A stretch of DNA of 64,000 bases from Chthoniobacterales bacterium (GCA_019747895.1 JAIEQF010000019.1:792-64791); one strand, 5' to 3'. Positions 8,486-17,755 are shown, counted from the stretch's first letter. The notes: generated by a model from the sequence alone, not told the origin. Numbers and translations: made by a program.

Positions 8486-9061
8486 ATGGCTACCTCGCTT
8501 CAAAAAATAAAAAACATCAGTCGCTTTGGCTCATTCATCGTGACTCTCTTATTAATAACCATTCCCATTTTCTATATTGCGAAATGGATATTGATTGATC
8601 AGCCAATGATCAAACAGCTTGCTGCTTTAGGAATTTGCTGTGCCATCAAAGGACCAACCGCTTTTATTAAACCATGGATGATTGCTTGGACACCCGGATT
8701 AAAACTATTGGGCTTGGGGGCTGACCTCATTGGGCATCTACCGATGTGGTTCAGTTTTTTTATTTTGAAGTTCATTCTTAAAAATTATAGCGAAGGAAAT
8801 GTCTTCACGACGATCAATGCCCGTTACTATCAATATCTCGCTGGGCTTTTTTTATTGAGTGCATTGGTATGCAAACCCATTTTTGATGCGATGATGACGC
8901 TCGTTGCAACATTAAACAATCCACCTGGAGAGCGCATTCTTTCACTGACTTTTAACATCACTAATATCCAAGAAATTTTGTGGGGAGGCTTTGTCATGAT
9001 CATTGCTTACGTGATGAGTGAAGCGAGTAAGTTAGAAGAAGAGCAGCAATTGACCATCTAG
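8486..9061 (+). CDS. DUF2975-like multi-pass membrane protein
   Basis: It has about four hydrophobic helices and sits immediately upstream of a YozG-like HTH gene, the usual DUF2975 context. Confidence 0.65.
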   Translation: MATSLQKIKNISRFGSFIVTLLLITIPIFYIAKWILIDQPMIKQLAALGICCAIKGPTAFIKPWMIAWTPGLKLLGLGADLIGHLPMWFSFFILKFILKNYSEGNVFTTINARYYQYLAGLFLLSALVCKPIFDAMMTLVATLNNPPGERILSLTFNITNIQEILWGGFVMIIAYVMSEASKLEEEQQLTI

Positions 9062-9080
9062 TAAAAAATTTCAACTGACT

Positions 9081-9350
9081 ATGAAAATTATTGTGAATCT
9101 CGATGTAATGTTGGCGAAAAGAAAAATGAAACTCCAAGATCTCGCTGCTGCTGTTGGCATCACTCCTCAAAATCTTTGTATTTTGAAAACCGGAAAAGCA
9201 AAAGCGATTCGATTTTCAACGCTCGCTAGCATTTGTAAAAACCTGGAATGCCAGCCCGGAGATATTTTGGAATTTTGTGCTCATCCTAAAAAAATGACTT
9301 TCCCCTCATATAAAAAAAAAATCCCTCACTTTTTTTGCGCTATTTTTTAG
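9081..9350 (+). CDS. YozG-like Cro/C1-type HTH transcriptional regulator
   Basis: IVNLDVMLAKRKMKLQDLAAAVGITPQNLCILKTGKAKAIRFSTLASICKNLECQPGDILEF is near-canonical for this family. The C-terminal ~20 aa are extra. Confidence 0.8.
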   Translation: MKIIVNLDVMLAKRKMKLQDLAAAVGITPQNLCILKTGKAKAIRFSTLASICKNLECQPGDILEFCAHPKKMTFPSYKKKIPHFFCAIF

Positions 9351-9372
9351 CTTGGCCTTCATAGTGCAGGCA

Positions 9373-11757
9373 ATGCCGCTGGGTAAAAGTAGAATTGAAG
9401 TCGCAAAAAAGCCACAAGAAAACAGCAGCCTATCTGTTACAGAAAGAACAGCTGCAGCTCGCAGAGAATATGACAGAGGTGATGGTATTGCCTCTGTTGC
9501 AGAGTCAAAAACAGAAGCGGTCACAGCAGAAGAAAATTTCTCGTCACGATTGTGGAATTTATCTTCTCTACAAGATTTCAGGGAAGTTGCAAATCATGCT
9601 GAAGAGATTGGAGAGGATCAGCCACTCTCTATTTTTAGAGAGGAAGAGGGTACAAGGATCGTGGGATGTTTTGATGCTTCAAGTCTCGAATCTCTCTCCA
9701 CATCTCAACTTAAAGAAAATCACAACATTGCAGTCGATCTTTTTGTGCAAGCTATCATCGATGAAAAAGGAACATCTTATACTTACTTTCCGCTGACGCT
9801 AAGATTGAGAGCGATGGAAGAGGGATTGACTCCAAAAATGATCCAACAAGTTTTTGAAAAAATAGATTCCGTTTTTCGTAATGTTGAAGAAGAACCCTTG
9901 GAGTTAGATCAGTTTTTTCGGCAAGCTCCCAAAAAATTGTCTTCTAATCAAATAAAAAAACAAGCGCTGCGAGTCGTGCTCAATTATTTTATGGTTAATT
10001 TTCAAGAATTTTTAGCAAGTGATCTTACTAAAGTTGATTCGGAACTGATGCAACTTGCTCGAGGACATCTTCAAAAATTAAAAACTGCTCAAGCAAGTAA
10101 TAACTTAGGCCTTGCTCTCGCTTATCGAAGTATGATTGATGATGTCCATCATGCTATGATGGCGTGTCAGGAAAAAGAAAATGCTATCGGAAAAAATCCA
10201 AAAATAGCGTGGGAGATGGTTGTTCAAACCATGAAGGAGTCGGCGCAGAGTTATGCTTCTTTGATAAAAGAGAAAAAGCAGAAAGAAGTTCAGTACTTAA
10301 GCTCACTATTGGCAAATTATCATGAGCTAGCACCTTTGCAATTTCAAATCGCTCAATTATTCAAAACAGGAAATGTTGAAAAAACTCAATTGATGCTACA
10401 GCAGCATCCTGAAGAGCTTTTTAAGTCGATCAATATTTATAATGAGCGTTTCAAAGTCGCTCCGTCTGGCTCATTAGAATCAGAGTTGTTTCAAAATCTC
10501 AAAGTTGTTTATGGGAAGATCTTCCAAGCTCGTAAAGAGGCTGCTTTAAAAGAACTTCAACTGGGTGAAGCAAATGCTTGGATCGATTTGGAAATGTGTT
10601 TTCAACAATGTGCCATTGAGATTAAAAAATCTTTAGGAAGATTAGCAACAGAGGGAGCAGAAGTATTGTGGGAACGACATAGAAAAACTTTTCAAGCTTA
10701 TATGGATGCTGCCCATCATAGAAGACTAGTCGCTCAAAGCATGAGAAGTGAAAACGGCATTGAAGCTGAGCAACATCGAGATATAGCGCAACGATACGAA
10801 GAGCTTGCTCAAGCTTGTACTAGGAATTCTTGGACTCATGAAGCAGACTTGATTTGCAGAGAATCGTTGCAGCGACAAATCAATCTTAATGAAGTGCTCT
10901 TGCCGATCGATCAAGCAGGAGTTCGTCGTTTCAAATATGCTCAAAGGCCAGATTTTTTAGAGCGCTTAAAAAAGATCGGTTTTATTTCGGCAGAATCAAA
11001 AAGATTTATGGGATTTTATTTTCCGGGCACCATTCTATTGCTAAAATTGATATATGGATCGCTTGAAAGAAGGGTATTAAAAGGAATCAATGAGAACGTT
11101 CTTTCTTTCTGTTTGAGGGACGATGCAACTAACATGCAGCAAAGGGCAGATATCGTTCTTCAAAGGTCTTTGATGCTAGAAAGCAGTGAGGGTGATGACG
11201 CATTATGTCAAAGTGTAAAACGACTGTACGATCAAGCAGCTGAGGCTCATGTTGAAAGCTATCAGAATGCCAAACAAAGGCTATATCTAGAACTCTGCAG
11301 TCTACTCCTGGCAAATCAAAATATTGAAAAAGTTAATTTCTTTTTGAGAGGTGCTATCAATTTAAAAAAACAGGGAGATTGTTTTTACGATGCTGCTGTT
11401 GCTGCATGGGATCATCAACCAGAAATAGCGCGTCGTTGGGAAGAGATTGCAGCATTAAGAAAGAAAATGAACTTTGTCCCTAGACGTGAATCTTGGAAAG
11501 ATACAGAAGTAGAAAATTTTCATGGTCCGATAGGCGTTCTTTTAGAAGATTGTGAAGATTTTATTGCACTCAAGATGGAAGCCATTAACGTTTTGAAGCA
11601 AAATAATTTTGAAAGAGTACAAATACTTGATGCAACGAATCAAAACTTGCAGCCACAAATCATCACAAGATTAAACGCTATGCATGATCGAGTGAGAGAG
11701 TATGATCATGAAAGGCGAATGGCACGAGCAGAAGCTGCTACCGTTGCAACATGGTGA
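9373..11757 (+). CDS. large (~795 aa) predicted all-alpha hypothetical protein
   Basis: It is a long uninterrupted ORF with no signal peptide, no TM segment and no motif I recognise. The track start is TTG 9352; the first ATG is at 9373. Confidence 0.6.
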   Translation: MPLGKSRIEVAKKPQENSSLSVTERTAAARREYDRGDGIASVAESKTEAVTAEENFSSRLWNLSSLQDFREVANHAEEIGEDQPLSIFREEEGTRIVGCFDASSLESLSTSQLKENHNIAVDLFVQAIIDEKGTSYTYFPLTLRLRAMEEGLTPKMIQQVFEKIDSVFRNVEEEPLELDQFFRQAPKKLSSNQIKKQALRVVLNYFMVNFQEFLASDLTKVDSELMQLARGHLQKLKTAQASNNLGLALAYRSMIDDVHHAMMACQEKENAIGKNPKIAWEMVVQTMKESAQSYASLIKEKKQKEVQYLSSLLANYHELAPLQFQIAQLFKTGNVEKTQLMLQQHPEELFKSINIYNERFKVAPSGSLESELFQNLKVVYGKIFQARKEAALKELQLGEANAWIDLEMCFQQCAIEIKKSLGRLATEGAEVLWERHRKTFQAYMDAAHHRRLVAQSMRSENGIEAEQHRDIAQRYEELAQACTRNSWTHEADLICRESLQRQINLNEVLLPIDQAGVRRFKYAQRPDFLERLKKIGFISAESKRFMGFYFPGTILLLKLIYGSLERRVLKGINENVLSFCLRDDATNMQQRADIVLQRSLMLESSEGDDALCQSVKRLYDQAAEAHVESYQNAKQRLYLELCSLLLANQNIEKVNFFLRGAINLKKQGDCFYDAAVAAWDHQPEIARRWEEIAALRKKMNFVPRRESWKDTEVENFHGPIGVLLEDCEDFIALKMEAINVLKQNNFERVQILDATNQNLQPQIITRLNAMHDRVREYDHERRMARAEAATVATW

Positions 11758-11889
11758 GGGGGTATTGTGTGGAACTGCAGCTCACAGTAGATTGCGCTGA
11801 TGCCTAATGATTTTAATTTTGAAAGTTACTAGTAGCTTGCCAGGAAGTGATGAGAGAGATAGTTTTCTTTTTCTGAAATTATTTTCTTC

Positions 11890-13341
11890 ATGGAAAACAC
11901 TCCGCTCAGCGAGCTCATCGCCATCCGCCGTCAAAAACTTCAAACCTTACGTCATCAAGGAGTCGATCCTTTTGGTGCTGCCTTTGCTGTTTCAGGAAGT
12001 GTTACTGAAGTTGCCGCTGCTTTTCAAGAAGCCTCGCCCGTGCAGGTGGCAGGCCGTATCACGGCTTATCGTGATATGGGGAAGAGTCGCTTTTTAGATA
12101 TCTCAGACATCGGGGGACGCATTCAAATTTATTTTAATACCAAGGAACTAGATGAAGCAACCGTTGCTATGGCTGCGCAACTCGACATTGGTGATTTTTT
12201 GGGAGTGGAAGGAGCTTATTTCACGACCAAGAGTGGAGAAAAAAGTATTCGCGCTTCCAAGCTTGTCATTTTGAGCAAATCGTTACGGCCGCTGCCCGAC
12301 AAGTGGCATGGTGTTCAAGATGCGGAGATTTGTTATCGCCAACGTTATCTCGATCTGATTGCGAATGATTCTTCTCGCACGATTTTCAAACAGCGCATCG
12401 CCATCGTGCGTGAGATACGACGATTTTTAGAAGCGCGTGGATTTTTAGAAGTGGAAACTCCGATGATGCAAGCGATCCCTGGAGGGGCAGCAGCAGAGCC
12501 TTTCAAGACGCATCACAACGCGCTGGGGATGGATCTTTTTTTACGTATTGCTCCGGAACTTTATTTGAAACGGTTGCTCGTGGCAGGCTTTCCAAAAGTT
12601 TTTGAACTCAATCGCAACTTCCGTAACGAAGGAGTCTCTCGCCGGCACAATCCTGAGTTCACCATGCTCGAGGCCTATTGGGCCTTTGCTGATTTTAAAA
12701 AAATGTTAGAGCTTGTTGAAGAAATGATTTGTTCTCTTGCAGAACACATAGGAGTGGGTCCTATTATTGAACATCGCGATGATAATGGAAATGTTATACG
12801 CTCTATCAATCTCGAGCGTCCGTGGCGACGTGCTGCCTATCGTGATCTCGTGGAGACGGCTGTTCCAGGCTGGTTCCAGCTTGATTTAGAGGCGAAGCGA
12901 AAGAAGTGCGGGGAGCTTAAACTCGATATCTCGCATTGCGAAGCTGAGTTTGAAGTGACGCAGCATGTTTTTGAAAAACTAGTCGAAGAAAAATTGATCG
13001 ATCCTTGTTTTGTCACGCATGTGCCCAAAGAGCTTGTGCCTCTTGCTAAGCTCAATGGCAAGGATCCTGCCTCGGTTGATGTCTACGAGCTCATCATCAA
13101 TGGTCAGGAAATTTCTCCTGGTTATTCAGAGTTGAACGATCCCGATCTTCAGCGTGAGCGTTTAGAGCATCAAGCTGGTGGAGAGAAACAATGCCTCGAT
13201 CACGATTTTCTTGAGGCGCTTGAGTATGGGATGCCGCCTGCGGGTGGTATCGGCATTGGGATTGATCGTCTTGTGATGATGTTGACGGGTGCGGCCTCGA
13301 TTCGAGATGTTATTTTGTTTCCGCATCTCAAGACGAAATAG
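11890..13341 (+). CDS. lysS: lysine--tRNA ligase, class II
   Basis: It has an OB anticodon domain followed by the class II core (FRNEG motif 2, GGIGIGIDRL motif 3). Confidence 0.95.
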   Translation: MENTPLSELIAIRRQKLQTLRHQGVDPFGAAFAVSGSVTEVAAAFQEASPVQVAGRITAYRDMGKSRFLDISDIGGRIQIYFNTKELDEATVAMAAQLDIGDFLGVEGAYFTTKSGEKSIRASKLVILSKSLRPLPDKWHGVQDAEICYRQRYLDLIANDSSRTIFKQRIAIVREIRRFLEARGFLEVETPMMQAIPGGAAAEPFKTHHNALGMDLFLRIAPELYLKRLLVAGFPKVFELNRNFRNEGVSRRHNPEFTMLEAYWAFADFKKMLELVEEMICSLAEHIGVGPIIEHRDDNGNVIRSINLERPWRRAAYRDLVETAVPGWFQLDLEAKRKKCGELKLDISHCEAEFEVTQHVFEKLVEEKLIDPCFVTHVPKELVPLAKLNGKDPASVDVYELIINGQEISPGYSELNDPDLQRERLEHQAGGEKQCLDHDFLEALEYGMPPAGGIGIGIDRLVMMLTGAASIRDVILFPHLKTK

Positions 13342-13369
13342 CCGAAAAAAGAAAGGAGAAGAGAATAGC

Positions 13370-13463
13370 CACAAAGAACACAAAGAACACAAAGAACACA
13401 AGGAACACAAAGAAGAATTTTTTTATAAAAAAATTCTAGGGATTTACTTTTTCCTTTGTGTTC
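13370..13463. repeat. 5 x 9-bp tandem CACAAAGAA array, an AT hairpin, and an inverted half-copy CCTTTGTGTTC
   Basis: Read directly from the sequence; units lie at 13370, 13379, 13388, 13397 and 13406. It belongs to the same 9-mer family as 17772..17991, 22983..23169 and 42729..42945. Confidence 0.85.
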
Positions 13464-13517
13464 ATTAATTCTTTTGAATGTTGCTTCCTGTAACTTATTT
13501 TGGAGGGTGGTAATATT

Positions 13518-14045
13518 ATGGGCTCTACAATTATTGAAACAGAGCGACTGTTCCTGAGAACCTGGAAAGAAGAGGATGCGGAGCCGTATTAACAGATGAA
13601 TCAAGATCCTCGGGTGATTGAGTTTTTACCCAAGTCGCTTTCGATGGAGGAGGTGAAGAAATTTATCGCAGATCAAGATCGTTGCTTTCTTGAAAATCGT
13701 TATGCCTTTTGGGCTGTCGAAGAAAAAATAAGTAGAGTGATGATTGGTTTTTGCGGCTTCATGGCAGCAAAAGAACCCCTGCCTGCTTCTGCTATAGAAA
13801 TTGGTTGGAGATTCGCTTTTAACTATTGGGGACGCGGGTACGCGACCGAAGCCGCAAGAGCAGTTCTTGATTATGGATGGAGAACATTGGCCTTCGAAGA
13901 AGTTTTTGCCTGTACCGTTATTGAGAATGATAGCTCACGACGCGTCATGGAAAAAATTGGAATGCAGCGCGATCTCAAAGGCGATTTTGAGGACCCTAAG
14001 CATCCACGTTCAAAGCATGTCTCGTATCGGATCAAGAAGAGATAG
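13518..14045 (+). pseudogene. RimJ/RimL-type GNAT acetyltransferase with an in-frame TAA at 13590..13592
   Basis: From ATG 13518 the frame reads MGSTIIETERLFLRTWKEEDAEPY*QMNQDP. The paralog at 15393 reads ...EPYYQMNQDP (TAT vs TAA). The track ORF 13596..14045 is only the downstream part. Confidence 0.7.
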
Positions 14046-14060
14046 AAGGGCAGCCCACAG

Positions 14061-14103
14061 AAATACTCATTCATTGAGTAAAAATACTCAATCATTGAGT
14101 AAA
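14061..14103. promoter_or_regulatory. two tandem 21-bp palindromic units AAATACTCAnTCATTGAGTAA
   Basis: Read directly from the sequence. It lies downstream of the GNAT pseudogene and 58 nt upstream of the AAA+ ATPase paralog 2 start. Confidence 0.45.
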
Positions 14104-14160
14104 TTTAGTTTATAAGTGAAAACTAGTTGATTATGAGCTAATTTTAAATATATTAAATTA

Positions 14161-15348
14161 ATGAAAATCAAAAGAAATGTCGTTGAAAACATCATTGATT
14201 TAATAAAAAAAGCTCCTTTTCTTTTGCAAATTGTCATAGGTCCTAGGCAGCTTGGTAAGACAACGGCTGTTGCTCAAGTGGTGAAGTCATTGGGATGGCC
14301 AACAGTGGTAGCAACTGCTGATGCTCCTCGCCCTCCAGATGCGGCGTGGATTGAAGAGAAATGGAATCAAGCAAAGGAAGAAGAAAAAAAAAGTAGAGGA
14401 CCCGTCCTTTTGGTGTTAGATGAAATTCAAAAAGTAGAAGGTTGGAGCGAGGTGATCAAACGTCTATGGGATGAAGAAAAAACTAATGGGGGAAAGTTGA
14501 TTGTGATTCTTGTTGGCTCTTCGTCGTTGCTGATGCAAAAAGGAATGACTGAAAGTTTGGCTGGTCGATTTTATTTACATCGATGTATGCATTGGACTTT
14601 TTCAGAATGTCATCATGCATTTGGATGGGATCTGAATAAATGGTTTTTTTTCGGTGGATATCCAGGTCCTGCAACATTGACTCATGACGAAACAATATGG
14701 AAAAATTATATTAATGATTCCCTGATAGAAACAGTCTTGGCGCGTGATGTGATGCAGCTGCAATCTGTCTCAAAGCCTGTTTTGTTGCGTAATCTTTTCG
14801 GCTTTGCGACAGCATTTCCTGCGCAAATTTTTTCTTACAATAAAATGTTAGGACAACTCACTGATGCAGGGAACACGACAACGCTAGCCACTTACTTGAA
14901 GTTGCTTGAAACAGCTTTTTTAGTTTCAGGCTTAGAAAAATTCTCTCGCGGAAAAGTGCGACAACGTGGAAGCAGCCCAAAACTCATTCTTTGGAATAAT
15001 GCCTTGGTTAATGCTTTTGACCAGCGTTCTTATGAGCAGATGCAAAGTGATCCTGTTTGGCGAGGACGTCTCATCGAAAATGCCGTTGGTGCTTATTTTT
15101 TGAATTCGTTGACGACATCAAATCAATCGTTGACCTACTGGCGCGATGGGAATGATGAGGTCGATTTTGTGTTAACAATCGGTCAAGAAATTTGGGCTAT
15201 CGAAGTGAAGAGTGGTCTCCCTGGAAAACTTTCAGGACTTGCAGCTTTTAAGAAAGCCTATCCCAAGGCGAAGTCATTCTTGATCGGAAGCCATGGGGTT
15301 CCTTTGGAAGAATTTTTTACGAAACCTGCGTTGAGTTGGTTTGTATGA
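14161..15348 (+). CDS. AAA+ ATPase with DUF4143 and PD-(D/E)xK-like C-terminus, paralog 2
   Basis: It has GPRQLGKTT, LLVLDEIQ and DEVDFVL...AIEVKSG, and is collinear with the 3800..4996 product. Confidence 0.8.
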   Translation: MKIKRNVVENIIDLIKKAPFLLQIVIGPRQLGKTTAVAQVVKSLGWPTVVATADAPRPPDAAWIEEKWNQAKEEEKKSRGPVLLVLDEIQKVEGWSEVIKRLWDEEKTNGGKLIVILVGSSSLLMQKGMTESLAGRFYLHRCMHWTFSECHHAFGWDLNKWFFFGGYPGPATLTHDETIWKNYINDSLIETVLARDVMQLQSVSKPVLLRNLFGFATAFPAQIFSYNKMLGQLTDAGNTTTLATYLKLLETAFLVSGLEKFSRGKVRQRGSSPKLILWNNALVNAFDQRSYEQMQSDPVWRGRLIENAVGAYFLNSLTTSNQSLTYWRDGNDEVDFVLTIGQEIWAIEVKSGLPGKLSGLAAFKKAYPKAKSFLIGSHGVPLEEFFTKPALSWFV

Positions 15349-15359
15349 AAAAGAAATGG

Positions 15360-15380
15360 CCACAAGGAACGCAAAGAAGA
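15360..15380. repeat. solo half-array CCACAAGGAACGCAAAGAAGA of the 9-mer family
   Basis: Read directly from the sequence, 12 nt upstream of the GNAT ATG at 15393. Confidence 0.5.
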
Positions 15381-15392
15381 AAAATATTTTTT

Positions 15393-15944
15393 ATGAAATC
15401 TACGATTATTGAAACAGAACGACTGCTCCTGAGAACCTGGAAAGAAGAGGATGCGGAGCCGTACTATCAGATGAATCAGGATCCACGTTTTTTGGAATTT
15501 TTGCCGGATACTATTTCAATGGAGCAAGCAAAAGAATATATCGTGAGCACGAACAAGCGAATTGCTAAAAATGGATTTTCTTTTTTTGCTATTGAAGAAA
15601 AAGAGAGTGGTGATTTAGCTGGATCGCTAGGGCTCGAGAAAATTGAAAGCCCATTTCCATTTGCCCCAGCCATCGAGATCGGTTGGCGCCTTGCCTTTCC
15701 TTATTGGGGGCGAGGGTACGCAACTGAAGCGGCTAAGGCAGTTCTTAATTATGGATTTTATACTTTAGGTTTTGAAGAAATTGTTTCCTATGCTTTTGCT
15801 GAGAATCATGCTTCACGGCGTATCATGGAAAAGATCGGCATGGCGCGCGATCTTCAAGGAGATTTTGAACATCCTCATTTGCCAGCTGATCATCGACTTT
15901 CTAGGAGTGTTTTGTATCGGATTAAGAAAGGCGAGAAAGGCTAG
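15393..15944 (+). CDS. RimJ/RimL-type GNAT acetyltransferase (intact paralog)
   Basis: MKSTIIETERLLLRTWKEEDAEPYYQMNQDP plus the WGRGYATEAA acetyl-CoA loop. The ATG at 15393 is preferred over the track GTG at 15336, which overlaps the ATPase. Confidence 0.8.
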   Translation: MKSTIIETERLLLRTWKEEDAEPYYQMNQDPRFLEFLPDTISMEQAKEYIVSTNKRIAKNGFSFFAIEEKESGDLAGSLGLEKIESPFPFAPAIEIGWRLAFPYWGRGYATEAAKAVLNYGFYTLGFEEIVSYAFAENHASRRIMEKIGMARDLQGDFEHPHLPADHRLSRSVLYRIKKGEKG

Positions 15945-15951
15945 CAATAGA

Positions 15952-15972
15952 AAATACTCAGTCATTGAGTAA
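15952..15972. repeat. third copy of the AAATACTCAgTCATTGAGTAA palindrome
   Basis: Read directly from the sequence, 8 nt after the GNAT stop. It is followed by a degenerate half-copy TTTACTCAATGC. Confidence 0.5.
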
Positions 15973-15977
15973 TTTAC

Positions 15978-16430
15978 TCAATGCTTGAATAATGCTTTCA
16001 AGGCCACCACATCAAACTGATCCTTTTCTCTCACTGATCCTGTTTTTAAAGCGATCAATCCTTTTGCATGAAGAAAAGGAACGGTTAGTCCATAAGGCAT
16101 GGTGTATTGAGCAGTCATGGCCTGCATATCGTCGTACTTCATGCCTTGCATTCTAACAAAAATGTCTAAAGGAAACGCTTCAATGATCCGAATAGCTCCT
16201 TCTTCATCGATGAAATCTTCGAGAGAAAGTTCTGAAGCATGTCCTTCTCCAAATGATTTTAATGTGTGAAGTAACAATGTGATATTTTCAGCACTATCAT
16301 CGATGAGAATATCAACATCATCCGTTGTGCGAACTATGCCATTCATCGCAACGGCTAATCCACCGACAACGATGAACCTGATGTTATTTTTTAATAGCAG
16401 CTCCAACAGTTCTTCGAATGTATTTGCCAT
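15978..16430 (-). CDS. Pol-beta-fold nucleotidyltransferase family protein (MNT/AbiEii-like minimal NTase)
   Basis: VVGGLAVAMNGIVRTTDDVDIL fits the hG[GS]-x9-13-Dh[DE]h NTase signature. The protein is 150 aa. Confidence 0.6.
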   Translation of the reverse strand: MANTFEELLELLLKNNIRFIVVGGLAVAMNGIVRTTDDVDILIDDSAENITLLLHTLKSFGEGHASELSLEDFIDEEGAIRIIEAFPLDIFVRMQGMKYDDMQAMTAQYTMPYGLTVPFLHAKGLIALKTGSVREKDQFDVVALKALFKH

Positions 16431-16600
16431 CGTTTTCTTTTTTTGGTGGGAGTCCCATTTTTTCTAGTGATGATTGAAGATTCCTTATTCTATCAAACAG
16501 TGAAAGTTCCTCGATGGGGCGTCCCACAACCTTGCGCAGTTGTTTGTGAGGTGGCAGCTGTGTGGATGACGTTTTCATTTAGTGAGAGTAAATTGTATTT

Positions 16601-17755
16601 TTACTTCAACGCATTCTCCAAATCTTTTTTCAAATCTTCCACAGCTTCAATGCCGACGGAGAGACGGACAAAGCCATCACGGATGCCGAGGAGCTCGCGT
16701 TGTTCTTTAGGAACAGCAAGGTGAGTCATGAGTGCAGGGTGTTCGATGAGGCTTTCGACTCCGCCGAGGCTTTCTGCAAGGGTGAAGAGCTCAGTGCGTT
16801 TTAGGAAAGTTTTTGTTTCTTCGAGATCACATTTTAAATCGAGCGAAATCATACCGCCAAATCCACTCATCTGTTGGCAAGCGAGGGCATGTTGAGGGTG
16901 GCTCTTGAGCCCAGGATAAATCACACGCTCAACCTTGGGGTGCTTTTCCAGCCAGGATGCCAGTTCCATGGCATTGTTATGATGGCGCTCCATGCGAAGA
17001 GCTAATGTCTTCACGCCACGCAATGCCAAGAAACTGTCAAAAGCTCCAGCGATGCCGCCAGTGCTGTTTTGCAAAAAGTGAATTTGTTGTCCGAGTTCAG
17101 GATTATCTCCAATCACAGCGACACCATTGATTACATCCGAGTGACCATTGATATATTTCGTAGCGGAGTGAACGACGATATCAAATCCGAATTCCAACGG
17201 GCGTTGAAAAATCGGAGTCGCAAAAGTATTGTCGGCAACGGTGAGAAGCTGATGTTTCTTAGCAAGGGCGGAAATCGCTTTTAAATCTGCTAATTTCAAC
17301 ATCGGATTGGTTGGTGTCTCCACCCAAATCATTTTGGTGTTCGATTGGATCGCTCTTGCTACGTTTTCCGTGTTGGTAAAATCAACAAGGCTGATCTCAA
17401 GGCCAGCAGAGCGTTTGCGGACACGTTCGAGGATACGATAGGTTCCACCATACAAATCATCACTAGCCACAATATGATCGCCTGGCTGGAGAAGCTCTAA
17501 AATAGTAGCTGTAGCAGCCATGCCAGAAGCAAAAGCAAAGCCGCGTGTGCCACTTTCTAAATTGGCGATACACTCTTCGTAAGCATGACGAGTCGGGTTG
17601 CCTGTCCGAGAATATTCATAACCCGTATGCTTTCCTGGACTTTCTTGAGCAAAAGTGGAACTTAAGAAAATTGGAGTCATGACCGCTCCCGTGATCGGTT
17701 CGGGTTTTTGTCCTGCGTGAATGACGCGAGTATTGAGATGGTGTGAGTGTTTCAT
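16601..17755 (-). CDS. cystathionine gamma-lyase/synthase family PLP enzyme (trans-sulfuration)
   Basis: It belongs to the Cys/Met-metabolism PLP family, with the SATKYINGHSD Schiff-base lysine motif. The protein is 384 aa. Confidence 0.85.
   Translation of the reverse strand: MKHSHHLNTRVIHAGQKPEPITGAVMTPIFLSSTFAQESPGKHTGYEYSRTGNPTRHAYEECIANLESGTRGFAFASGMAATATILELLQPGDHIVASDDLYGGTYRILERVRKRSAGLEISLVDFTNTENVARAIQSNTKMIWVETPTNPMLKLADLKAISALAKKHQLLTVADNTFATPIFQRPLEFGFDIVVHSATKYINGHSDVINGVAVIGDNPELGQQIHFLQNSTGGIAGAFDSFLALRGVKTLALRMERHHNNAMELASWLEKHPKVERVIYPGLKSHPQHALACQQMSGFGGMISLDLKCDLEETKTFLKRTELFTLAESLGGVESLIEHPALMTHLAVPKEQRELLGIRDGFVRLSVGIEAVEDLKKDLENALK

Noticed and set aside
9395-9796. 133-aa alternative-frame ORF inside the 5' end of the 795-aa gene. 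Similar nested ORFs include 47354..47905, 6286..6585, 21896..22336 and 18424..18645.
   Set aside because: They are nested in other frames or strands of longer ORFs that have motif support or better length, with biased Lys/Ser/Arg composition typical of off-frame translation.
13414-13436. AT-only palindrome AGAATTTTTTTATAAAAAAATTCT after lysS as a rho-independent terminator.
   Set aside because: The stem is entirely A-T and would be very weak. It is better explained as the centre of the compact 9-mer inverted element.
13162-13604. Minus-strand ORFs containing CSLCSLCSL / CVPCVLCVLCVLC.
   Set aside because: They are generated by reading through the 9-bp tandem repeat and the lysS 3' end, with no independent coding evidence. 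The same applies to 17616..17837 (LRSLRSLRL) and 42867..43103.
16431-16450. Classical -1 programmed frameshift on the CCAAAAAAAG tract joining ORF 16384..16578 to the NTase.
   Set aside because: The NTase frame is +1 (not -1) relative to the upstream ORF, so the dnaX-type A_AAA_AAG mechanism does not fit. Only an indel or transcriptional slippage would fuse them.
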